Shown: positions 50,246 to 63,697 of the stretch, piece by piece
Numbering within the stretch: the first letter of the stretch is position 1
How the letters are laid out: each line of letters begins with the position of its first letter
Assembly: GCF_006345805.1 (NCBI RefSeq)
Contig: NC_043001.1
Coordinates: 41,540,001 to 41,604,000 of the forward strand
Length of the DNA stretch: 64,000 nt
Direction: 5' to 3'
Origin: Octopus sinensis
Lineage: Eukaryota
Made by a program: the position numbers and the translations under genes
The notes under the pieces: generated by a model
Seen by the model: the letters and a program-made list of their open reading frames with translations, nothing else
Database searches by the model: none
Told to the model about the DNA's origin: nothing

Positions 50246-52690
50246 ATAACTAGCAATAATACCTGTTGTTGATTGGGCAATTACTTTTACTGTTTTTCAG
50301 AAGCCACATTCAAAGTATTATTATATATATTATTTACTCCTCCTCTATGTGTGTATAAGAGAAAAATATGTAATAACTGAAGTAGAAAAAAGATCAATTC
50401 GTACATGAACTTCTGTTTGTTTATTATATGACAATAATAAGTGAGGTGTATGTGTTATTTTATTTATTAACACAGTAATGGCAATTATATGATGTTATAA
50501 GAGAAAAAATATGTAATAATTGAAGTAGGAAAAAGTTCAAGTTCATACATAAATTTGTGTTTGTTTATTATATGACAATAATAAGTGAGTTGTATGTGTT
50601 ATTTCATTTATCAATATAGTAATGGCAATTATATAATACACTTCATTTAAATAGGTAATTTACTCAATCTTGAATGTAATGATAGTAATGGCAAATTAAG
50701 TTATTCAAGTATTCATGCTGCATTAAGAGTGAATACTTCTTTATAAACAATGTTTTTTATTTTATTTTGGGGTGTATAAAGAAAAAGATTTGCTTTTGCT
50801 TCCACACATGATGCTCCTACATAAAGTTGGCCATGTGAAAAGCATGGTTGTTCAAGTTGCAATCCAGCAACTTTTAATGTTTGGCACTGACTTTTATTAA
50901 TGCTCATGGCAAAAGAAACATGGATAGGTAACTGTAACCACTTAAATTGGAAGGGACATTAGATAATATAACTGGTATGTGAGGAATGAAGACAATCTCA
51001 CCTTTACTACAATCAATGAGAATATTTGCCTCAGTGCAGTTCCTCGTGTGTTTGTGCACAATTAATCTTGTACCATTGCATAATTTTGTTGAGACTAATT
51101 ATGTAATAGCATAATATGAGTCCACTTTTTCAGCTGAAGACTATGACGAGCTGTACCTAATGCTTGTACAGGAGCTGTACCTGATGGTGAGTTCAAAAAT
51201 AGTTAACAGTATCCTGATCATCAACAATCCTGTCAATTGAGTTATAAGTGAATATTTCTCCTGGAGGTTTATTCAATAGCATATTATTAATGCTATATAC
51301 AGCAACATTTTTTAATCGAGAATAGCTTGCTCACAGATCCAATTTGTAATGTTGTAATTATGAAGAAACTGGGAAAGATTTTATCCACCAAATCATCGAC
51401 AGAATCAGTTGAATTATTTACTGGAGTGAGTGTAAGAAACTGTTCTTTATCAATTGGAACTCACCCTTCACCACGTTTCAAAAGCTGCTCTGCAAATAGT
51501 TCAGCTGATTGATCTCTTGAAAGCCTGGATCTCATATGATAATTGAAGTAGAAAAAGATCAATTTCATATATGAACCTCTGTTTGGTTATTATATGATTA
51601 TAAGTTTTATTCATCAATACAGCAATGGCAATTATATAATACACTTCATTTAAATAAATAATTTATTCATTCTTGAATGTAATGATAGTAATGGCAAATT
51701 AAGTTATTGAAGTATTCAAGTTGCATTAAGAGTGAATATTTCATTATAAACAACGTTTTTTGTTTTATTTTGGGTGCATAAGCAAAAAGATTTGCTTTTG
51801 CTTCCACACATGATGCTCCTACATAAAGCTAGCCATGTGAAAAGCATGGTTGTTCAAGTTGCAATCCAGCAACTTTTAGTGTTTGGCCCTAACTTTTATT
51901 ACTGCTCATGGCAAAAGAAACATGGATAGGAAACTGTAACCACTTAAATTGGAATGGGACATTAGATGGTATAACTGGTATGTGAGGAATGAAGACAATC
52001 TCACTTTTACTACAATCAGTGAGAATATTTGTCTCAATGCAGTTTGTCATAAGTTTGAGCAAAATTAATCTTGTACCATTGCATAATTTTGGCTGAGACA
52101 AATTATGTAATAGCATATAGGAGCCCCTTTTTTCAGCTGAAGACAATGAGGAGCTGTACCTGGTGGTTGTAGCAAGTTCAAAAATTCGATGGAGTTATTG
52201 ACAATATCCTGATCATCAACAACACTGTCAATTGAGTTATAAGTGAATATTTCTCCTGGAAGTTTATTCAATAGGATATTATTAATGCTATGTACAGAAA
52301 CATTTTTTGGAGCCAGGATAGCTCGCTCACAGATCCAATCTGTATTGTTGTAATTATGAAGAAGATTAGGAAAGATTTCATTCACCAAATCATCAATGGA
52401 ATCAGTTGAATTACATATTGGATTGGGTGCAAGAAACTGCTCTTTATCAATTGGAACTCTCCCATTACCGAGTTTCAGAAGCTGCTCTGCAAATAGTTTG
52501 GCTGATTGATTTCTTGAAAGCCTCGATCTCGTATTTGTCAAAAGTTGAAGTGTTTTCACATGATGTCATAATACAGAAGACTTGACATAAAGCACAATTA
52601 GTGTTGCCTCCCTTGAACAATTTACTTTCATTTTATGGGACAAATAAACACACAAACGGACAGAATCTCTCTTTTATATATATATATATA
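50230..52690 (-). mobile_element. Helitron deletion derivative with tandemly duplicated PIF1-helicase C-terminus
   Basis: ERAILAPKN, KLCNGTRL, QFPI.VSFAM.INKSQ.QTL and FSHGQLYV in two copies about 1.02 kb apart. 3' CTAG with a decayed hairpin at 50230-50262 and a TA-rich 5' end near 52690. Confidence 0.8.
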
Positions 52691-52714
52691 TATATGTATG
52701 TATATATATATACA

Positions 52715-53325
52715 TGATTTGACATGGTTTCTATCGCTGGATGCCCTTCCTAACGCCAACCACTCTGAGAATGTAATGGGTGCTTTTACATGCCATCAGC
52801 ATGGGTACTATTGCTTGATACCAGTATCTGCCACAACTATGATTTTACTTGGCTTGACAGGTCTTCCCAAGCACAGCATATCATCAAAGGTCTCAGTCAC
52901 TAGTCATTGCTTCTGTAAGGCCCAAAGTTAGAAGACCATGCTTCACCACTTCGTCCTATGTCTTCCTAGGTCTATCTCTACCACAGGTTCCTTTCATAGT
53001 TAGAGATCAGCACTTTACACAGCTGTCTTCATCAATATACATCACATGAACATACCAGCACAGTCATCTCTCTTGCACACCACTTCTGCTGCCTTTTATT
53101 TCCAACTTGTCTCTTAAGGGACTTACACTCTGTTGAACATGCACACTGACATTGCACATCCAGCGAAGCATACTGGCTTCATTTCTTTGAAGCCTATGCA
53201 TGTCCTCAACTGTTATAGCCCATGTTTCACTGCCATGCAGCATAGCTGTTCGCACACAGGCATCATACAATCTGCCTTTCACTCTGAGGGAGTGACTCTT
53301 TGTTGCCAGCAGATATATACATATT
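52715..53325 (-). mobile_element. RTE LINE 3' fragment
   Basis: KGRLYDACVRTAMLHGSETWA followed by the 3' UTR motif gttaggaagggcatccag. Confidence 0.85.
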
Positions 53326-53723
53326 ATTGAATGACCAAGAAATTGGAATTATGTAATGAAGTTCATTAGCTTACAGCTTTTTGCTTTCAGAAACAGTGCA
53401 CAAAGAGTGTTTGTGCAATATCTTATAGCTTCTTCAAAGTCATTTAAATAAAGCTCTGAGTGCACTGCTCCTTGTAGCAGAAACAGCTGTTAGCTAATCG
53501 AGTTGTTTACATAATTCCTATTTCCTTGTCATTCAATAATTAGAATTAAACTCTATACTTGCCTAATGTTTTATTTGAAAACATGAGTATATTTTGTTCT
53601 AACAACTGGTTATTATTATCACTAAGGCTAAACTAAATCATAAAATAAACATATGCACACACACACACATACATATGAATATATGTATACACTTACACAC
53701 ACACACGCACTCTCTCTCTCACA

Positions 53724-53754
<31 letters not shown>

Positions 53755-53797
53755 CCACACACACACACACACTCACAAACACACATATGGGTATCAT

Positions 53798-54010
53798 TTA
53801 ACCCTTTAGTGTTTAAACCAGCCATACCTGGCCTGAATATTCTCCTTGATCAGATCCAGCCTCTCACACCTATCCTTCAATGTCATTCTAAAGATAAACA
53901 ATCACATCATCAAAATTTTAAAGCTATGAGATGAGACACAATTAATTTTAAAACAATTTGAATAAATAAGCATTACATTTGACAGAGTAATCTAAACACT
54001 AAAAGATTAA
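53798..54010. mobile_element. piggyBac-type MITE copy
   Basis: TTAA ends and TIR ccctttagtgttt / aaacactaaaaga. Reverse orientation relative to the 16967 copy. Confidence 0.7.
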
Positions 54011-54227
54011 TGTCTATATTTTGCATGTTGATATAGGTTAGATGATTTAACAGGATCTAGGGAGCCATAGAACTGCATTGAGCACTAAAGTCAGGTTTGG
54101 CATGGTTTATACAGCTAGATGCCTTTCTTAACATATCTATTCAAGTGCTACATTGATATGAGTGATACATAGATAAGCTATAATTATGTTTACATGTATG
54201 TATGTGTATATATATATATATCATCAT

Positions 54228-54610
54228 CATCATCATCATCATCGTTTAGCGTCCGTTTTCCATGCTAGCATGGGTTGGACGGTTCTACTGGGGTCTGTGA
54301 AGCCAGAAGGCTTCATCAGGCCCAGTCAAATCTGGCAGTGTTTCTACGGCTGGATGCCCTTCCTAACGCCAACCACTCCGAGAGTGTAGTGGGTGCTTTT
54401 TACGTGCCACCCGCACAGGTGCCAGACAGAGCTGGCAAACGGCCACGAACGGATGGTGCTTTTTATGTGCCACCGGCACGAGGGCCAGGCGAGGCTGGCA
54501 ACGGACACGAAACGGGGCAGTGCTGGCAACGGTCGCGAAACGGAAGGTTCTCTTACATGCCACCGGCACTGGTAACACATCTGCAATTTCCATTGATCGA
54601 TTTCAATTCT
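54228..54610 (-). mobile_element. RTE LINE 3' UTR/tail, CpG-rich young copy
   Basis: (CAT)n tail, ctggatgcccttcctaacgcc, and GC-rich gtgccaccggcac repeats. Confidence 0.8.
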
Positions 54611-54686
54611 GATATATATATATATATATATCATCTGTAAAAAACATAGATCCGAAAGAAGAAGACACTCTAAGATACAAAGAAGT

Positions 54687-54860
54687 ATATATTAAAAATG
54701 GGGAAGGCCGGTTTATAGGATTACCATAGGTTTCCTGTCCGTAAAGAGGTCTTAGGCCAACAAGTTTTGGGATCTGACGATATGCCATAAAGCTAAACCC
54801 TTTATGGATGGAAAGCCTAAGTAATCCCATAAACTGGCCATCCCCATTTTTAATATATAT
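54687..54860. repeat. Imperfect foldback (~60-bp arms), duplicated at ~56508-56680
   Basis: atatattaaaaatggggaaggccggtttataggattac versus gtaatcccataaactggccatccccatttttaatatat, continuing inward with more mismatches. Confidence 0.85.
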
Positions 54861-55048
54861 ATATATACACACAACATATATGTCATTATATCTTTATTAG
54901 TGCACATGGTGGTGTATATATTTCCTATTCAGCTGCTTTTCTGATCTACTGACACTACAACTAATTATAAATTCTACATAGCCCCACCTACCTCAATAGA
55001 AACTTGCCAAAAATTATATAAACCCCCAAAAAAGGACCAAAGTAAAGC

Positions 55049-55092
55049 ATAGTCTGATGAAAGCCAGCAAGCTGAAACTTTGAAGTCACTAT
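55049..55092 (+). ncRNA. Minimal type-I hammerhead-like motif
   Basis: ATAGT CTGATGA A AGC CAGCAA GCT GAAAC TTTGAA GTC ACTAT. Stem III ACTTTGAAGT is self-complementary with two G-U pairs. Confidence 0.7.
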
Positions 55093-55279
55093 CAGCCCTT
55101 TTCTTGTAAAAGTTAAATAAAACAAGTATTCTACTAAAAGTATTAAATAATCCTTCATTTTAATGTTAAATCATTTTTATACATAGTTTGACCTAACATT
55201 ATGCACATGTGTGCATTAATGTTCATCGGAGGTTGTTGCAGATGCTCAAAACATCTAGTTCAATAGGATATTTGATTAC

Positions 55280-55745
55280 CACCTGGATAGCTAATGAAGT
55301 CATACAGGAAGGTGTTGTACCCAGTGACTGACATACCAGTATCATCATAAACTGCTCCAAAAGTCAAAGATGATGGCTTAGAGAGAGAAACTACTATAGA
55401 GGAATCAAACTACTGGGCCAGGTCGTGAAGGACATGAAAACTCATAGCACAATTGATCCATAACAGTAGATATAGATTAAATGCTGTTTGGTTCATGCCC
55501 AAAAAGTGGTATCTCAGATGCAATCTTCCCACTGCAGAAGTAATCAGGTAAAAATAACTCATGATTTGTTGACTTAGAAAAGGCATTTGTCAGATTACTA
55601 TAATCATTAAATTGATAATCACCAAGGAAACCAGGTAGAGACGAAAGGCATATGATGGTTGAAGAAACCATGTACACCTGCCCATGGGAACTCTCATTAG
55701 CTGATGATCTAGTTTTTATAGCTAAATCTACAGGCTCAGCATAAT
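55280..55745 (+). pseudogene. RTE reverse-transcriptase relic (duplicated at ~57100-57565)
   Basis: IQEGVVPSD, YRGIKLL and CPWELSLADDLVFIA. Confidence 0.7.
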
Positions 55746-56868
55746 GTACTAGGATGTGCTTCTTTTCATGTGGGCTCAGCACTTTGGGTTCTACTATGCC
55801 CACATAAAAGGAGGTACATCCTATCAAACCTACATGCCCCATCGTGAGTATAACTGCCACTCACCCAACTTCAGCCCTCCCACTACCAATACCTGGAAAT
55901 CTGGTAAAGACTTTCACCAGAACATACACAGATGTACTCACAGACGCACATGCCCTAACACGGAAGCATCCACTCAAAATATCTTTTTCCACCTCCACCT
56001 GATGTAAGCCCATACACATATACAGTACCCTTACATGCAACTCCATGCATGCATAAAAGTCCCAAAGGATTTAATCAAAGTTTTAACTAAAACATATACA
56101 AAAACAACATAAATGAACACACAAATACCTATGCAGACTTTGGGCACCCCTCTCCCACCGAAAACGTTACACATATAGTACCACTGCACACATTCAAATT
56201 CTACAAGAATGCCAACCCTAACACATACACACATTTCTCATACACTCTTTTGCAGAAAACACTTGTTGACTTGCAACATCCTCAGAAACAGTGCTTTGGT
56301 GCCAAAAATCATAACTCTTAAATTAACCCTTGCCCAGTTCATTTCATTGTCTTTTCACAGCAACCAAAAACTGGAGTGAATTTGGTAGATAGAAACTGAA
56401 AGAAGCCAGTTGTATATACACATATATATATATATAATATATATATATATATCATCTGTAAAAAACATAGATCCGAAAGAAGAAGACACTCTAAGATACA
56501 AAGAAGTATATATTAAAAATGGGGAAGGCCGGTTTATAGGATTACCATAGGTTTCCTGTCCGTAAAGAGGTCTTAGGCCAACAAGTTTTGGGATCTGACG
56601 ATATGCCATAAAGCTAAACCCTTATGGATGGAAAGCCTAAGTAATCCCATAAACTGGCCATCCCCATTTTTAATATATATATATATACACACAACATATA
56701 TGTCATTATATCTTTATTAGTGCACATGGTGGTGTATATATTTCCTATTCAGCTGCTTTTCTGATCTACTGACACTACAACTAATTATAAATTCTACATA
56801 GCCCCACCTACCTCAATAGAAACTTGCCAAAAATTATATAAACCCCCAAAAAAGGACCAAAGTAAAGC

Positions 56869-56912
56869 ATAGTCTGATGAAAGCCAGCAAGCTGAAACTT
56901 TGAAGTCACTAT
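56869..56912 (+). ncRNA. Minimal type-I hammerhead-like motif (duplicate of 55049-55092)
   Basis: Identical sequence in the second duplication unit. Confidence 0.7.
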
Positions 56913-58164
56913 CAGCCCTTTTCTTGTAAAAGTTAAATAAAACAAGTATTCTACTAAAAGTATTAAATAATCCTTCATTTTAATGTTAAATCATTTTTAT
57001 ACATAGTTTGACCTAACATTATGCACATGTGTGCATTAATGTTCATCGGAGGTTGTTGCAGATGCTCAAAACATCTAGTTCAATAGGATATTTGATTACC
57101 ACCTGGATAGCTAATGAAGTCATACAGGAAGGTGTTGTACCCAGTGACTGACATACCAGTATCATCATAAACTGCTCCAAAAGTCAAAGATGATGGCTTA
57201 GAGAGAGAAACTACTATAGAGGAATCAAACTACTGGGCCAGGTCGTGAAGGACATGAAAACTCATAGCACAATTGATCCATAACAGTAGATATAGATTAA
57301 ATGCTGTTTGGTTCATGCCCAAAAAGTGGTATCTCAGATGCAATCTTCCCACTGCAGAAGTAATCAGGTAAAAATAACTCATGATTTGTTGACTTAGAAA
57401 AGGCATTTGTCAGATTACTATAATCATTAATTGATAATCACCAAGGAAACCAGGTAGAGACGAAAGGCATATGATGGTTGAAGAAACCATGTACACCTGC
57501 CCATGGGAACTCTCATTAGCTGATGATCTAGTTTTTATAGCTAAATCTACAGGCTCAGCATAATGTACTAGGATGTGCTTCTTTTCATGTGGGCTCAGCA
57601 CTTTGGGTTCTACTATGCCCACATAAAAGGAGGTACATCCTATCAAACCTACATGCCCCATCGTGAGTATAACTGCCACTCACCCAACTTCAGCCCTCCC
57701 ACTACCAATACCTGGAAATCTGGTAAAGACTTTCACCAGAACATACACAGATGTACTTACAGACGCACATGCCCTAACACGGAAGCATCCACTCAAAATA
57801 TCTTTTTCCACCTCCACCTGATGTAAGCCCATACACATATACAGTACCCTTACATGCAACTCCATGCATGCATAAAAGTCCCAAAGGATTTAATCAAAGT
57901 TTTAACTAAAACATATACAAAAACAACATAAATGAACACACAAATACCTATGCAGACTTTGGGCACCCCTCTCCCACCGAAAACGTTACACATATAGTAC
58001 CACTGCACACATTCAAATTCTACAAGAATGCCAACCCTAACACATACACACATTTCTCATACACTCTTTTGCAGAAAACACTTGTTGACTTGCAACATCC
58101 TCAGAAACAGTGCTTTGGTGCCAAAAATCATAACTCTTAAATTAACCCTTGCCCAGTTCATTTC

Positions 58165-58236
58165 ATTGTCTTTTCACAGCAACCAAAAACTGGAGTGAAT
58201 TTGGTAGATAGAAACTGAAAGAAGCCAGTTGTATAT

Positions 58237-58267
<31 letters not shown>

Positions 58268-58540
58268 GTATATGTGTGCCTATGTATGTGTGTGTGTGTA
58301 TATGTGTTTGTGTGTACCCTTGTTTTGACATCATATGATAAGCAAGCATCACCCTTATTCAAACAAAGTGGTTTTGTTTCCAGTCTTCAGTAGATAACAT
58401 GTCTGGCCATGAGAAATATTACCTTATTGGAAACAGATGTGGGTTGGTGACGGAAAGGCCATCAAGCTGTTGAAAATCTGCCTCAACAAATTCTGTCAGA
58501 CCTTTAAAAACATGGAAAAGTAGAAATTAAATGAAGACAA
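58165..58540 (+). mobile_element. Composite SINE: partial head, (TA)(TG) tract, type-2 tail
   Basis: gagtgaatttggtagatagaaactgaaagaagcc, microsatellite, then catgtctggccatgagaaatattaccttattggaaacag..catggaaaagtaga. Confidence 0.65.
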
Positions 58541-58569
58541 TATTTATGTATGCACACATATATACACAT

Positions 58570-58834
58570 CATCATCATCATCGTTTAGCATTCATCTTCC
58601 ATGCATGGGTAGGACAGTTGATAAGAGCTGGCCAGGTAGAACACTACCCCAGGTTATTGTGTCTGTTTTGGCAGGGTTTTTATTGCTGGATGCCCCATCT
58701 AACACCAACTGCTCTGCAGAATGGAACGAGTGCTTTTTATGTGGTGCTAGCACAGGTGAGGTTAATTTTGGCATGATTTTTTCCAGCTGGTTGCCCTTCC
58801 AAATGCCAACCACTTTACAAGGTGATCTGGATGC

Positions 58835-58840
<6 letters not shown>
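58570..58840 (-). mobile_element. Decayed RTE 3' tail
   Basis: (CAT)n tail, cgtttagc..ttccatgcatggg and ctggatgcccc. Confidence 0.6.
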
Positions 58841-58876
<36 letters not shown>

Positions 58877-59194
58877 TGTATGTATTGCCTCCTTTAGTAT
58901 GTTTATTTGATAGAAATTAGGACTTTTTTTCTGACATAATTCAGTGATTTTAGTTTTTTGTTTTAAAGAATTTGTGGGTTATTATTCTCTTAAAGATTTG
59001 CATGAATGTAAATTTGCACTCACATTCACATGCAAACACACACACACACACATATTTAAACATACATACACACACACGTACATACATATGTATGTATGAA
59101 TGTATGAATGTATGTATCTATATACGTATTTGCATCAAAATAGCTAGCTAGATAGATGGATTGTTAAATTGATAGAGATATAAATATATATATT

Positions 59195-60000
<806 letters not shown>

Positions 60001-60384
60001 ACACACACATACATACATACATACATATATAAGTACATATATATATGTATATATATGAGAATTTTTTGCATAATGAAATAAAAAACCAAGGCTGTGTAGA
60101 TATTAGAACATTTATAGATAGAAGGTCTTAGGGCTGTTTCCAGGATATTTATTAATTATATCCCTTCATTGGAGACGGTGTGAAAGGATGATTAAGTCAT
60201 AGTTAGTTTAGATGTGATACAAAATAGAGTGAGGTGGAAGAAAGAAAATAGATGCAAGATATGTATGTAAATTGAAGTTGTAAATCCATTTTTTATGCAG
60301 AATGATTACATATATATGTAATATTCCAATACTCTATGAGTAAAGTCCAAAAGGCTAACATATATATGTATATATATATGTATA

Positions 60385-60565
60385 TATGCTTGGAATGGTC
60401 AGTGGCAAGAGAGGAAGAGGCTGACCAAGAACCCACTAGCTTGACACCATGAGGAGTGATACCGGAATGGACATGGCCAATCTGAAGGAAGCGGCCCAGG
60501 ATAGAACTGACTGGAGGACACTGATCCAACGAGTGACCAAGAGTCGACTTCGACTAAGCGGATAG
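60385..60565 (+). mobile_element. RTE-BovB-like LINE extreme 3' end
   Basis: GMVSGKRGRG.P..LKEAAQDRTDWRTLIQRVTKSRLRLSG* resembles the BovB C-terminus WR..V..V.KSR.RL. Confidence 0.7.
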
Positions 60566-60588
60566 AGAGAGATATATGTATATATATA

Positions 60589-61492
60589 TAAGGTGTGATG
60601 GGTAAATTGTCACCATTTTATATTTATAATTTCATGCATGCGCATTGTTTGTTTTTGATTTTGTTGACTACACATTATAGTAGGGTCAGTTGGGCTCTGC
60701 CTGTGAGAAAAAACAGCACCATGGCACAATTCACTCTGCCAGAAATTTGGAAATGACATGCTGTACAGCTTGGTATTCATGCTGGGAGTGCCAGTACGAG
60801 TTGATGGTGAACATACAGAACAACCATTGGCTTGCCATGTCCCCAAAACACGTACCAAGAGTGATAAAAATCAAACATCCAGTTAATATGATGGTGTTTG
60901 GAGTGATCACTAGTAATGGTTATGTTGTGCTTCCATTCATCTTCCCATATGACCTCAGACTCAATACAGAGGCCTACATCAAGTGCCTGGAGGAGATAGT
61001 GCTGCACTGGGTCAAGAGAGTGGTTGCTGGAAGACCCTATGTCTGGCAACAGGACTCTGCATCATTCTCCACAAGCAGGAGAACCCAGTTATGGCTGTCA
61101 GGCAATTTCTGTGACCACATCACCCTTAACATCTGGCCACCTAACTCCTCAGACTGCAAACCCTTGATTATTATGCATGGGGCACAGTTCAACAAGGGAC
61201 CAACAAAACTCCTTGTAACACCAAAGATGAACTAAAGGCAAGGATTATGACACCGTTCACCAACTTAAACAAGGAAACAATTCAAAAGAGTTGCAGGAGA
61301 TTCCAAAGTCGTCTGGAAACAGTTGTTGAAACCAATGGCAATTTTATTAAATAAATTTATTTAATAAAATTTATTTAATAAAATCAAGATATTTCTATGT
61401 AATTTTGGTAAATATATCTGTTAAAATGGGATGTCCTTGTTATTTTCATTTTTAGATAATTTAGACAACAATATAATCACTGCATCCTCTGT
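60589..61492 (+). mobile_element. Internally deleted maT/mariner-like element
   Basis: Left end aggtgtgatgggtaaattgtcacc. ORF with KHPVNMMVFGVITS, WQQDSA and IWPPNSSDCKPL. Same family as 33607-34370. Confidence 0.85.
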
Positions 61493-62320
61493 GTGTGTGT
61501 GTGTTTATATCTGTCTTGTTTGAAGGCAGTTTGTATGTTCCTTTGACATTTATCCCAACAACAAACCACAAGCTGTTTCCCTTAGATTTGTAACCTGTGC
61601 AATCTGTTAGTGACCCTTTGGTATTGATACTGTCATTGTTATTATTATGTTCTTTTTTTTCTGCTCACAGCTAGGTTTGAGAGAGGCATAGCCTCATGCT
61701 TCTATAGTCATTTTTCTGCCCCCTGTCATATTGTGTAGCACGCAAAGTTATTGATTATTTTCAAAATAGAAAAAGTGCATATATATGGAGTCTTTACACC
61801 TGTTACTGCATTTACTGTGAAATGCAGATAAGGTGGATTGTTAGATTATATAATGTTTCTACAACTCTTATGCAATTATTACTGCATTTTGCTGAAACGT
61901 ATGTATGTTCTATAAAGCACTGAATACTATACTTGTTTTCTGTATGCTGTTATTTTTATTACATGGCTCATATTCTGCACATACGCCTTTCCCAAAGTTG
62001 ATACCCTTCACTATTTAGGGTGACCATCTCTTGTTAACTTTTCTCTTATTTCCCTATTTTTCTTTTATCCTTTATTTTTTATCCTTTTGACAACCAGTTT
62101 TTTTTTTGTCATTGTACAGACCAGGGCTTATTCTTTCTTTCTTTTTGTATTGCCCTTTTCATTTTCTAACAATTTTTACTATAAGTTTATTTATTTATAT
62201 TCCTTTTTATTCCTTTTTTATCTGTTTAATCCATACTTTTTTAAAATTCTATTTTCCTTCTATTCTATTTTTGTTTGTCATCAACTACTAGTGCAAGATT
62301 TACAATTGTAAATATATATA

Positions 62321-63562
62321 CAGGGATAGGACTAAATAATGGAAACACTTTAAAATTTCAAACAAATTTATTTTGAATTCTATGAGGTATGGATTCGTAC
62401 AAAGTTTGAATTGTTTCCAAAGGAATTTTTGTCCATTCTTCAGCTAAAACAGTCTCCAGTTCTTGAAGTGATTATGGTGGAGGATATCAACTCCTTACTT
62501 GTTTTTCTACAATGCACCATAAATTTTCAATAGTATTAAGATCTGGGGACTGTGGTGGCCAAATAAGATGTTCAACTTAACCAGAATGTTCCTCATGCCA
62601 TTCAATAACAACTTCAGCTGTGTGAATTGGTGCATTATCATCCTGAAAGATTGCATTTCCATCCAGAAATAGGTCCACAACCATAGGATGAAATTGATCA
62701 GATAAAATACTAAAATAGTTTTGACTATTAATTCTGCCATGAAGGGTAATCATTGGGCTAGTAGATTTCCAAGATATAGCCCCCTCCTCCCCAGATCATC
62801 ACAGATCCTCCTCCATGTTTAACAGTTGAAAGAAGGCAGTCTGGGTCAAATGCTTCTTTTGGATGTCTCCACACATATACTTGGCTGGTGGCTGGAAATA
62901 AGGTAAAGGAGGACTCGTCCAAGAAAATAACATTCTTCCATTGCTCCAGGAACCAATTCTGTAGGCTTTTACTCCATTCTAAATGCTTTGCAACATTTAT
63001 TTTTGAAAGTAGAGGTTTTCTGATTGCAGCACTCTTGTGAAATCCGGCTTTGTGCAGCTACTAGCGAGTAGTTTTTGTGGAAACTGGGTTCTCGAGGTGG
63101 TCATTAAGCTCTGCAGTAATTTTGGGAGCTGTACTTTTGCGATCCTTTCTAACAATTTGCATAAGAGTTTGACGGTCCCTATCTTAAAGTTTTGGTTTTT
63201 TTATGGAGTTTTGTTTGAATGAGGAGGTTTTTCCCTCTTTCTCAAATGCTGTTATTACTTTTGAAACAGTACTTCTTGATACACCAAACATTTCAGCTGT
63301 TTTCATTTCTATAACGCCTGCCATACAAGCACCAACAATTTGATCACTATGAAAGTCTGATAGATCTGTTATCTTAATGAATTTTAATTATCTTTTTCTG
63401 ATGATATCTGTAAAGAAACAGCAAATATAGCAAAACATATTAAGCAACACTAATAATAAATCAAAAAAACATAAAAATAAACAAATTTTTGACAGTTTTA
63501 TAGCTATTTCAAAATAATGATGCTATGAAGCTAGGTGTTTCCATTATTTTGTCCAACCCCTG
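62321..63562 (-). mobile_element. Full-length decayed Tc1 (DD34E) element
   Basis: 28-bp TIRs (cagggataggactaaataatggaaacac / gtgtttccattattttgtccaacccctg) with TA TSDs. Motifs FQDDNAPIH and WPPQSPDLNTIENLW on the minus strand. Confidence 0.9.
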
Positions 63563-63664
63563 TATCTGTATGTGTCTATGTACATGTGTTTACATAGGTA
63601 TGTGTGAGTATATTTATGTATACATATATGCATGTGTTTGTGTGTGCATATATATATATATGCA

Positions 63665-63697
<33 letters not shown>

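Larger units (their letters stand above)
54631..58240. repeat. Near-identical tandem duplication, unit ~1820 bp (54631-56421 and 56452-58240), (TA)n at all junctions
   Basis: Only three differences spotted by eye (two 1-bp indels, one C/T). Confidence 0.95.

Noticed and set aside
54301-54319. CTGATGA followed by an AGCC/GGCT hairpin on the minus strand
   Set aside because: There is no GAAA or stem III, and other copies of this RTE tail read ctggtgcagc here, so the core is a chance mutation.
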